Shown here piece after piece: positions 26,776-38,300 of a stretch of 64,000 bases of DNA; position 1 is the stretch's first letter, and each line of letters begins with the position of its first letter. The position numbers and the translations under genes are program-made. The DNA is taken from assembly GCF_002113885.1 (NCBI RefSeq), contig NW_018406560.1, positions 361,713 to 425,712 of the forward strand, read 5' to 3'. The notes beneath the pieces are model-generated. The model saw only the letters and a program-made list of their open reading frames with translations. It searched no databases and was not told the origin of the DNA. The stretch comes from Mizuhopecten yessoensis (Eukaryota).

Positions 26776-28200
26776 TTGTGAATGTGTAACAGACAAGTGA
26801 CTTACTGTTAATGTTTGATCGGTAACTCTATGAATGTGTGACCGACAAGTGACCTTTCCATGGCTATATAAGAGACTCGGTGGATGTATGACCTTATTTG
26901 CCCACTGGCGGCGTTCTTTCTCCAGTTTCCTCAATGTTTTGTTATATTCCTTCCACCTAGATGGATGTTACTTTACCTTCCAATGGCGCAGGCAGATCCT
27001 GAAGTTTAAACAGTTGTTGTTATTAACAAGTTTCAATTGACTGTTTTCATACTTGTGATTATTATGTAGATGATTTTGATCAGAATTAATAAAATACTAT
27101 TTCACAGCTTCGGGTGTTCTGTTTTATATACTAAAGTAATGTCCTACAGTGTATATATCACAAAGACAAGTTTATTGTGTACAGTTTTCCTTTACACTCT
27201 TTGATTCATCTTCCCAGCATCCTAATGTTTGGCAAATTTTCCAATCCAACCGGAGATTACGAAGAACACATTGACAAAACTGACGGTTGAAATGTGGGTG
27301 TTATTTTTCAAGATGGCCACCATGTCAGCCATGTTGGATTTTGGACAGACTTGAAAAATAACAACACTTCGGATCATTTCTGTTAATTTTTAAATCACTT
27401 CTATCGTTGGATTTGTAGCTAGCCAGATGATTTAATTTCAAGAGGTATGTGAAATTGACAGAACTGATATCAAAGTCTTTTACTGCTGTACATGTAACAC
27501 CACTGCAAGACAACCGTTCTCAATAGATATGTAGGTGTTATCGAAGCCAAAGGAATTATTTGGAACGAGTCTTTCAAAATCAACTGCAACATGATAACAC
27601 AGTAAGTTGGGGAAGCAGAGTCGTACAGCTTAGTAATTATAGGTCGATAATTATAATATATTTATACCCTCCTCTGACAGTAATCTTCAAATTGTTGAGG
27701 TTGGTCGGTAGAAGTAGAAGAACTATCGAGAGTACGATTGAAAATACTCTCATGCAGACACAGTCTCCATGATCTGCCGAACTGTACATGTGTAGATGCA
27801 GATACATCCTAGCTTCTGTCAATTTGGCCGACCTTTAGAAACTCACATAAAACTCTACCCAACTTAGAGTCCCAAAGAATCTCAAAACAGAGATTGGATA
27901 AACGAGCAAGAGATGAACAATGAATGCACACAGGTGACACCACCTTTAAGATCTGGCAATAGGTACAGAGAGCCAAAACTGAATAACACTGCACCATACA
28001 GCTGTTTTGTCCTTCTAGGACTCACTGGTGATACTAGGGGGCCAAACTGATGGAAATCCATGTTGGTCCAAACTAACTGTTAAAACAGAACGGGAGGTAT
28101 TGTACAGAAAAAACATGATTCGTGAATTTCAAAATTAAGAGCTGTACTGGTTAATTTCAAGTTAAATAATTAGCGAGACATTTTGAACACTCACTACAAA

Positions 28201-28788
28201 AAACAAGAATTCCACGTTAGTGGATGTGTCGCCTGTGCAGGAAGCTGGGAGATTACAAAGAAATTAATAGATACACTTTTCATTTCAAGAAATAATGTTA
28301 AAAGTAAGCAATAATTATAGATTATGTTTAAAGCAATCCCAAGCAAGCACTTTTGGTAAGGAAGCTCTGCATGAAGTTTGAGTTTGATCGGCCCAAGGAA
28401 ACTCAAGTTATCGCACAAAATCAGATTTTCTTTTTATAGTAACAGTGACCTTGACCTTTGACCTTCGGACCTGAAAAGCAATCCCAAGCAAGCACTTTTG
28501 GTAAGGAAGCATTGCATGAAGTTTGAGTTTGATCGGCCCAACAAAACTCAAGTTATCCCACGAAAACAGATTTTCTATTTATAGTAACAGTGACCTTGAC
28601 ATTTGACCTTTGGACCTGAAATACAATCCCAAGCAAGCGCTTTTGGTAAGGAAGCACTGCATGAAGTTTGAGTTTGATCGGCCCAAGGAAACTCAAAGTT
28701 ATCGCATGAAAACCTCTGTCCGGACGCTGCCGCCGCCGCCGACATAGCAATACCTATGTGTCACCAGCTTTTCGCAGGCGACACAAAA
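28201..28788 (-). mobile_element. Complete pearl/HINE-type (Helentron-associated) non-autonomous element with internal 145-bp tandem repeats
   Basis: Subterminal inverted repeats TGTGTCGCCTG/CAGGCGACACA, (GCC)n microsatellite, 145-bp units at 28331/28476/28621, terminal TCCAC-GTTA-GTGGA hairpin, T-rich ends on the - strand. Confidence 0.8.
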
Positions 28789-30269
28789 AGGAGATAACTG
28801 TGGCCATCAAGGTTACAGCAAACTCAAGGACTAAAAGTTCCACCAGCCGAGTCTACCACCTCAGAAAGTCCAGTAAGTCTTTGACAGGTGTTTCAATATG
28901 TCAGAGAGAAAGTGGGCGCAATTCAGATATTTTAAGGCAGTAGTGGATTTGTATATGCTCAAGGCATTAGAGATGTGTTCTATCAGACAGCATTAATAAC
29001 GTTAAAAGCTTATTCATTGAACATGTAACACCTCTTGAAACCTTCTGTTCCCTATACATCCTGAATAACTGCCCGAATGATTTCCAGTGAAGCCATCTGC
29101 CTTGAAGAAATGTGAACACAGTTTGAGATGAAAATATAACAATAAGAATTCCTGAAACTAGACATGCTTAGGACGGGACTAGTCCTTCCCTGGTTTTTAG
29201 TTTAGGCTAGTATGCCTACAATGCGATCCCTTCTCCCATTAGTTTGTGTTCCTTTTTTCTTTCTTTTACAAGTGACTTCTAGCTAAATCTAGATGGATCC
29301 TGTACAGTTTCATACAAACTACATCGCTATGAAGTTGTAATATTTGTTTTTCTTCAATCCTAGAAGCTTCAAAAATTGCAGCCATCGTTATTGACACGTT
29401 GACAAGTTGATATAAATACAACCCAAGAAACATCCGGAGTAACATCATAATAATTTATTAATATTTTGGCCGTTTCACATTTTATTTTGTACATAAACAT
29501 TCATAAAAAAAAGACTGTTTATAATAAAATAAAATAAAACGTAATACGAAATGATTACAAGACACTATAAAACCTGTAGATAAGATTGCATCATTTTATA
29601 TTAAAAAATTATATAAAAATACAAATTGACTAGCCTACTAGTGATGCAAGGGTTTAAAAAAGACTTGATATAAAAAAGCTGCATTACATCAATATAAAAC
29701 TCATACTGTTATTATTTTTATTTATATACATTTTGTATTATAAACCAGTTGTGCTGTAGCTATATAGTTAAACCAGATTCTCTAAGGTTCATTATAAACG
29801 TGTTTTACTGTAGAGAACCAATTTCTCATTAGATTAAAAGCAAGTTTTACAAACACCGGGCACATTAATATCTGGCATAAACATGTTTTTTGCACTTATT
29901 TCTTCTACCCTAGCCTATCCCCCAGTATTTCTGATATACCCGTCCATACTTCTTATCGAGAGGAATATTTCAATGTCTCCTAGAGTTTGTCTTAAAACTC
30001 TAGCGACTAATGTACAAAATCTTTTCACTGGATTTGTTTTACTGTAGAAAGCTCAGGTATAAAGATCCAAATTTACTCTATAGACTCTTCATTAGAGAAC
30101 TAATTCTAATGCCCCCAGATTACATTATACAGGCTTTACTGTAAAGATATCTAATTTATCCTAACCATTTTTTACTTATGTCAGCTTATGTTTCTTTCTT
30201 ACCTTTTTATCAATTTATTACGCCCCTTACTGTATACAGCTAATATGTAAGGTACCCTAGGTTTGGTTG

Positions 30270-30540
30270 AAAACCTAATTTACTGAACCGAGAACCAAAA
30301 TACTAATATATTAATTCCCCTGGGATTCAAAATTTACTGTACAGAGAACTAATATCTTAATTCCTCTGGGATTTGTTAACAGATAAATTTTACTGTACTG
30401 AGAACTAAAATCTTAATTCCCCTGGGATTGTTAACAGATAAAATGTACTGTACAGAAAACTAATATCTTAATTACCCTGGGATTCATTAACAGACTCTTT
30501 TACTGAAGAGATCTAAAATCTTGGATCCCCTGGGGTTTGT
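30270..30540. repeat. Degenerate ~60-bp tandem repeat (TTTACTGTACAGAGAACTAATATCTTAATTCCCCTGGGATT)
   Basis: About 5 diverged copies. Confidence 0.7.
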
Positions 30541-30734
30541 TGTAAACTTGTCAACAAATATTGTAGATCCTCTCAGGTTTGTTATGGATCTATGTTACTG
30601 TATAGAGAACAATATGTCCCGGTATAACCTAGTATATCTCCTTGGTTTCAATATAGACATATTTAATGTATATTGATATCATACCCTGGTACAACTTAAT
30701 GCCATATGCATATCTATATTTCAGAAGATACATA

Positions 30735-31110
30735 TAGGATCTTACACGAGTTTCCATTCCATCTGAGATTTATGAAAGGAGTCAAAGAGTTTTTCAATTT
30801 AGTGAGCTTCTGGCATGCTAAAATGAAAAATTTGTGACGAGTTCCATAAATTTCATATGAAATGAAATTGAGAGTAAGATCCTTTTCATCACATTATTAA
30901 GATTTGTAAAACGACAATGTTCATGCAATCTTGAAATGTAAAAAGCCGCCATTTTGACTCTAGTGCGTAAGTCTGTGACGTCGTGTACTTGTCACATTTG
31001 AAACTTACAACCAATCACAGGGCTGATAGGTCATACTACATGGGTGTTTATACGCCAAAAAATATAACATGGGTATATTTACTGGATAACACAGTACAGT
31101 ATGTGATAAA
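30735..31110. mobile_element. Non-autonomous element with a long internal stem-loop (family not assigned)
   Basis: GGATCTTACACGAG...GATTTATGAA and TTCCATAAATTTC...GAGAGTAAGATCC form an inverted pair; ATCACAT/ATGTGAT pair further out. Confidence 0.45.
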
Positions 31111-31926
31111 TATGATTATTTATATCTATATACTATTGGTATTCAAGGCTAACCAAGCATAATTATAGTATAATGACTGATACAGGTACGGACAAAAAGA
31201 TTACACTTAAAACATGCAGTATAACCAGATAGTCTGGCTAGAACTTTTGTTCATTTCAATCAACACGTAGTCAAGGATTTGGCTTGTGTTTCAATTCTAG
31301 ATCTGTAGATACCGTCTGTACACTTTAATGTTTTTGCCCTCATGTATTTTCTCACTTTTCAATGCAAAAGGGCTCATTATGAGTTTCCCCTTACTTACAT
31401 ATCAGTATCGTTAAACAGATATAATATTAAATATATACTTTATACCAGTTTAAGTTGCTATACACATGTATCTGTAACTATTAGATAATTATATAGCTAA
31501 ACTACATGTATATACAATATTTGTTTGTCTTGTGTTAAGTTTAAATAGTAATTATGCGATATATAGCTAAACTATATATACAATATTTGTTTTGTCTTGT
31601 GTGAAATTTAAATATGCCCTTGTGTTAGTTTAAATATGCCCTATCATTCAATTTGAAAAGAATTGCAATTTGCCAGTAACATCTATATAACTATGCATCA
31701 ATAAATCTAAATAAAACTTGACCAAATACCATATTTGGAGTCCTAATAATCTCTTCCCACAAATGATTTCAAAATAATTTGCCGGTAAAAGCGCCTTGCA
31801 ATGTTGTGTACACTAACGAAAGATTTTTGTAGTTAATATCAACAAGCAATATACACTGTAATGTATAAAATAAGTAACATCAGAACAGTTAAAAAAGCAA
31901 ATTATTTCAACAAGCTCTGTGCATTC

Positions 31927-32019
31927 TTAACTCATTCACCCCTGAAATTTTATAATGAGCTATTCCAACCTTTGAATTGGAAGAGTTCAAATGTGTCTTC
32001 AGGGGTGAATATGAGTTAA
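31927..32019. mobile_element. TTAA-flanked MITE, family B
   Basis: TTAA-CTCATTCACCCCTGAA...TTCAGGGGTGAAT(AT)GAG-TTAA. Confidence 0.85.
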
Positions 32020-33469
32020 ACAATTTGCAAAAACCAAATGTTCAAGCCCTCCTTTTTTATGATGTGACATAAAAACGAAAAGCATGAGCTGCACACTACA
32101 AAAGTCAGGAAAACATCAAACAAAATGTTAGTACACCATTAACCAGCATTAGGATTTCATCAAGGATTTCTGTTTATGCTGGCTCTATATTCTCCAACTC
32201 CAAGTGAATTAATTATTTAGTAATCTCCAAAAAGCTGATAAGCAAACGTCGGTAATTATAACAGATACAAAAAAGAAGGGATTATATAATAAAACATTGT
32301 CTAATTCTGAAGCAAATGATTTAATGCTTATGCCAACTAACAGAGCATATATATATATGACCTTTTAAGTTCATATTGTAACATATGACCTTTTAATTAA
32401 AAGTTCATACTAAAAGATATGACCTGTTAAGTACATATATAATACCCCGAGTTATGGAATTATTGCATTTGAAAGCATGCACATGCAATTGTAATCAAAA
32501 TTTAGAAATATCGAAATACCAAAAATTACAAGACATGTTAAAACAAGAGGCCCAATGGGCCTGCATCACTCAATAAAGCTGCAGGCAAACTATCAGTGTC
32601 TTAAGTCACAACCTGTCACAAGATTTAAACCAATTCGGTCTTTGTGACCTTGAAAGTCAAACAAGGATATTAAGTTGAATAAATTTTATACCCCTTCATC
32701 CTAGAATGCAACTTGCCAAATGTCACCACCTTAGATGTTTTGTTGAGAAGATATGACTTTCAAAGATTTTTTCTAAAAAAATAAAACAGGTCATCATAAC
32801 AATTGGGTTTTTTTCATTACCATTATATATTTAACTTAAAATTGGTCAACATTTCTAAAACATAACAAAGAATCTTATTAACAGCTAACATTGAGGAAAC
32901 AAAGATCAGTGATCATAATTCTTAATTCATTATCATCCCTTTCGATCTCACAGAAAATGACACCAATAATAAAACATACAATTAGTACAACCTTTTCTTA
33001 ACCTACGACTTACTTACACACAGAGTTTAGTGCTCAACATTTGTACCTGAGGTTAATATTGGACTAGGTGTATCAGTAGCTACTAGAGTAAAGGTGTAGA
33101 CACTAATTACAAACGTACAGGTAAACATACTGGTAAACATATAGGTAAACATACAGTTAATGTTATGTAAGTAGACACAGTGTAAACATCATTAGTCAGA
33201 ACATTTCAGTTCAAGACCTTTCTGGAACAACAATTCAGATGATAAATCAAATTTTCTTAATTTTCAGGATTTTTGTTGTTGAAAAATCTGTTTATTGGAT
33301 GCCTCGTGGATGAGGCTTCCTTTCTCTATACTCAGTTAAAAAGACAGGTAAACAATACTTTACACGGATACTTTAGATAATTCACCGTATTATCCATATA
33401 TTGTAATACAGACCCTGATGCCACAATATCAATGTTAAGTTATATACAAAAGCATGTTTCAATATGAGC

Positions 33470-33560
33470 TTAACCCTTTCACCACTGTGGACCACAATGG
33501 ACTCGTCCTAATAAATAACTGGTAGAGTCTACTAAAGTTACCTACGGGTGAAAGGGTTAA
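33470..33560. mobile_element. TTAA-flanked piggyBac-type MITE, family A
   Basis: TTAA-CCCTTTCACC...GGTGAAAGGG-TTAA, 91 bp including TSDs. Confidence 0.88.
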
Positions 33561-33826
33561 CAGGTAATATGTTTCAGTATGACTAGGGGCATTATGGGTC
33601 ATTTCCGACCTCATCAGGGATTTATAATTAATTGTTATACTTGTGATCGGGAATAAATGAAGTTCTGTGCGCAAGTATGAAATTTCAAATTAGTTCGCCA
33701 AAAGGTACAGGAGATATGACATAACAAAGAGAGGCATAAACCGGCATTGTTCATAGGAAACCACAACCGGTCCCCACAACAATGCAGCTGTTTTCAAAGC
33801 ATTTACTCTGACTGTACGTCTCCCAT

Positions 33827-34040
33827 TACTGTATAACATGAAATGTTCCTTGTGTATAAACATTCGTGGTTTTCGTGGTTGCTATATTGAACCACGAAAC
33901 ATAAATAGAGCGAATTTGAATGATATACGTGTCGACTGTTTGTTATTATAGGATATCAACGAAAGTTTGTACCATGAAACGATCTAAATGGCTTCAAACC
34001 ACGAAAGAAATTAGCCACAAACATTTCGTGTTATACAGTA
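33827..34040. mobile_element. TA-flanked MITE (Tc1/mariner-like target site)
   Basis: TA-CTGTATAACATGAAATGTT ... AACATTTCGTGTTATACAG-TA terminal inverted repeats; internal TTCGTGG/CCACGAA subrepeats. Confidence 0.75.
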
Positions 34041-34712
34041 AGTGATTCTTACAACACATTAATATTGTTCCGTTAGGGAAACACCTGATGTTGACATGTA
34101 CACTGACCCATTTTAAGCAGTTGTTACGATGATGTGTCAAGGCGAGTCCTCTGCCAACAGCCCTTTCCCTCTAAACTTGCGACAGTCATGGCGTAATGGT
34201 ATAAACCTATTGGTGACAACTTTTTATGAGATTTTAGTCGTAATGAGGCGATAGATAGATGAACTACGTTCCCACTTTATACCAATCACTGTTGTAGTTA
34301 TCTGCAAAAAGGCATGAGGAGTTTATGGGCCATCACAGACTACGTACGCTTGAATGATTTAATTAATTGGGTGTCACTTGGTTGGTATTCTACGCCTGAA
34401 AGTTTATAAAGTTATGTACTATAAAAAGGTTTTCCTGTTCTCACAGATGTAGAGGCAGTCCACAGGTGATTGTGTTTGACCTTTCTTTTTGTGCTGAGTA
34501 TAATCTTAGCCTATCTCAATCCTGTCTACATGTAAACAGGAATAACACTTGTATTTCTATCCAAACAATTATGTATACGTACCCGTATCATTCTCTACGT
34601 TCTGTCTTCATCTCAACTTTATTTTAGAAAAATAAAATTAACAGGAAACAGTTTTTTGCCTAGCCTAAACCATAAATGTGCATCAATGTAAGTAAAAATT
34701 CTTCAATGTATA

Positions 34713-35395
34713 TTAAAGATAAGCGGGAGGTTCTCTGTCAGCCTCATCAAGGCTGTGACACACAGACCGATAAAACATAAAATCCTTACACGGGTTCAGG
34801 CAAATCTCGATTTTCTCGGGGTGGCAGCACATGTAGAAGAAGAGCTGGAACACTATCTGGCACACAAAGCCAGATGCTACAACGGAAATGGCCATGAAGT
34901 AGAACCACTCACTTTTATCGGGTGTAAAGTAGGTCCAGGATAAGAGCATGGCAAAGTTCTCGAGGTAAAACACGAAATAATAAATGATGACTCGAAATCT
35001 TGTATGACCATCACGGGTATTAATAAAACAAAAAACTAACACATAACCTATCACGATGTTAAATATAATCTCGTCACGACGATTCGGATAAAACTCAGTT
35101 TTCTGGAAGAACAACCACGTGGTCATACTTAGCCAATGAAATCCGGCTGCGACAAGGACTATATAACCGAGCTGTGATGCAAAAAGTGCTATAATGATGA
35201 CACGAGGTCCGACCTCGCAGGCCCGCCACAGGAAGTAACCAATAGCTCCACCGATGTTTTTTCCGAGGCCAGTCATGCTAGCGGTGGTCAACCCACTAGA
35301 ATGAGCATGCATAGCGCGGAGAGCTCTGTGGTAGGACACGAGGGACCAGGACAGACCAATCCATGACCCTAACATGGCCACTGGGCGGACATACA
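34713..35395 (-). CDS. XKR: XKR exon 3 (terminal coding exon, multi-TM region)
   Basis: ttcag|TG TAT acceptor; ORF ends ...SLDEADREPPAYL-TAA. Confidence 0.93.
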
Positions 35396-38300
35396 CTGAA
35401 AGAGATGAACAAACTGGTATTTGACCTGGCCATGTTTACGTTACGTTTTGTACTATTTTGGGGATTTTTTCTCTCTCACGAAGACTGGAAATGACAACAG
35501 AAATCTGGTTATATTCAAGAATTTATCATCAAACAAAAACACACTTAACCCTTTCACCCCTATGTAACTTGAGTGAACTCTACCATGCAATAATTTGGAA
35601 GAGTCCATTATGGTCTACAGTGGTGAAAGGGTTAACCCAAAATGGTAAATTATCAGAAATGTTTAATTCCAGTTTATATTTTCACAAATCAAATCATACT
35701 ATATCCAATTGAATTGAATTACTCTGTTACCTGTCATTTGTAGTTTGATTTAAAAGGACTTTCAGCTGACCCTTGTCATTCAGGTATTTCTGAAGTAACA
35801 TATTTCCTCAAATTTAGAGGGCCAAAATACATGTTAAATAGACAAATCCTTTCAAACCCTGGAGTCAAATTAATTTTCAAGTTCTAGCCAATGATTACAG
35901 TTACAATTAATCTTCCCTTTTTGTTAGCACAGAAGCCTATTTCAAGTTCTTCAAATAATCTTGAAACTGCATTAATCTAAAAATCTAATGCATATGGTCT
36001 TAACAACTTTGGCATAAAATTGTCTTCAACCCTTTCACCACTGTAGACCATAATTGACTCATCCATATATTCATGGTAGAGTCTACTAAAGTTACATAGG
36101 GGTGAAAGGGTTAAACGATTTTGTTTTCTCAAATGTTTTGCCTTACTTGTAAAAAATGGAGGACTGTCATGTTTCTCCTCGGTGAGTATGATGTAAAGTT
36201 GGATGATAAGCTGAGGTGCGGACTCCAGGAAGCTTTCCAGCATCCGTATCAGACTGGCATCATTGTCCTCATACAGCATCTGTTTGTAATGGTGGTCCTT
36301 TGCCTTCTTCCTGTCCCCCTCATCACTGTCTTTAGTCCAGGACTTACAACCATGGTAGATATATTCCACATGTCTGTAAATAAAACCACATCATTGTGTA
36401 TGTCATATCTGGAAATCTAAAAATATCCCTGGATATCCCAAATACTATCCCGTCCACTTCAGTATTTTTGCCTCCAGCTAATCATAAGACATTGATGCTG
36501 ATTTTGGCAGGGATGGTTCAAATGACATTTCAGCTGATAACGGATGCACTTATAAAAAGATATTGTATTTTCAACTTACAACCCTGGTAATAAATATTCT
36601 CAATTATCACATACAACACCTACCTTATTTTACCTCCTAATTATATATGAGGCAAAATTCAGTATTGGTTCAAATGATGGTACCTCTGTTTTTTCGGACT
36701 TTGCCACTTATTTTGAATAAACTTGTGAAATTTCACATTGTCCTTGTTTTAAGTATGTTTCAAAGAGATAAAAACAGATAATGTTTGAATAAGTTCCAAA
36801 AGCAAAAAAAAAAAATCCTGTACAAATTATTGCCAAAATCGGCCTGTTTTTTCACTCCGAATTTAGGACATTGAAGTGAGGCGTTGAAAAAAGACCGAGT
36901 GTCCATTATTATGAAGAGAATAATACACGGTAAAGAAATGAGATCAATGTCCGTACTGGAGTAATAAAATCGTACATACTCGCATACAGAATGAAGAAAA
37001 ATATTACATTGAAGGAAGTCGTTGACCACCACATGTCCGTTAATGTCGTTAAATGGTTTTCTGTCATAATAAAAGGTTAAACTTGATTTCTTTCTAAGTT
37101 GTCATTCCAGTCGTCTATATATATATATATAATATTTGTCAACATTGCAATCTGCAAGCGAAAGCGACAGTCGATCCGTTGTGAGAGTGTAACGTGGGAT
37201 GCCGGTCAGTGGTGCCTCATAGTTATTCATTACAGTACAGTATTTGCTTAAGTTCGAACATAGCCTTACTCTTTATATAACATACATTCTTACCAATTTC
37301 ATTAAAATTGAACGATACTTAAGCAAGTTATCTTGCAGAAATTAAAGTTTGGATGGATGAAGGGATGAAGGGTGTCCTCATACCATGATATGTCCTAGGC
37401 CTATGTCCTGTCAAAAAACTTTTTTGACAGGAATATAAGAACTCCTACAAAAATCACTGTGTTGACTTCAAATGGTTCATCAAATTGACCATCCATACAG
37501 ACATACCCTGGCTCTTATTGAGTCACTATTTTTTTTAAAATCATCTTACTGTGGCAGGGTTTAATTGGACATAGGATTAAGGTCGCCTTCTAGCTTCGAG
37601 CTAGTGGGAATTTCCCTTTAGCTCAGTGGTGGAGCACCCGACTAGGAACCTGGAGATCGTGGGTTCGATCCCCGGTGGAAGCACACTATTCTCTTTCCTG
37701 TAACAAATGGTGTCAGTGGCCCTCCCTGTGGTGACAGGGAGTTAGAACCTGGGTTGTGGTGTTCGAGGGTGAACACATTTAAAAAGGGTGGAGTAGTGTG
37801 GCAGATTTTAATTGTACTTAGGATAACGGTTGTCTTCTAGCTTCGAGCTAGAAGGACTTTGCCTTTAGCTCAGTGGTAGAGCGTCTGACTGAGGAACCTG
37901 GGTTCGATCCCGGGTGGAAGCATACTATTCCCTTTTCTGTTACATTACTGATTAAATAGAATTTCCCCACAGAAACTCTATTTGTAGGCAATTTTAGTTG
38001 TGGATACAAACTAGATAGAATTTAATAAAAGGCTGTTTCTATAATGAAGACCGATATATCAAACATTTTCTGCCATATGTCAGGAACAGGCAATGTAAAC
38101 AGATCAAGATCTCTTGTCCAGTAATCACACTGAGCCTTAGAGCATTGTCTCTAGTGTATTTCTCAAGCTCTAGCTAGATCTCCTGTTACAAGTATTCACC
38201 CTCTCCATCCGACCATATTACAGGTTTGTTTTGTAGACTTGGACAAGGTGCTTCGTCATACCATAAACCTGTTACAAGTATTCACCCTCTCCATCCGACC

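Noticed and set aside
26187-26934. (SLVSHTFLK)n and (QSYIPKVTG)n ORFs
   Set aside because: 27-bp minisatellite translations.
14367-29490. Very long convergent 3'UTRs ending at AATAAA near 27088 (+) and TTTATT near 29455-29485 (-)
   Set aside because: Composition is suggestive but poly(A) hexamers are frequent in AT-rich DNA; unsupported without transcript data.
37612-37925. Two tRNA genes in tandem
   Set aside because: A and B boxes are present but acceptor and anticodon stems do not pair and the second has a deletion; they are parts of TRIM LTRs.
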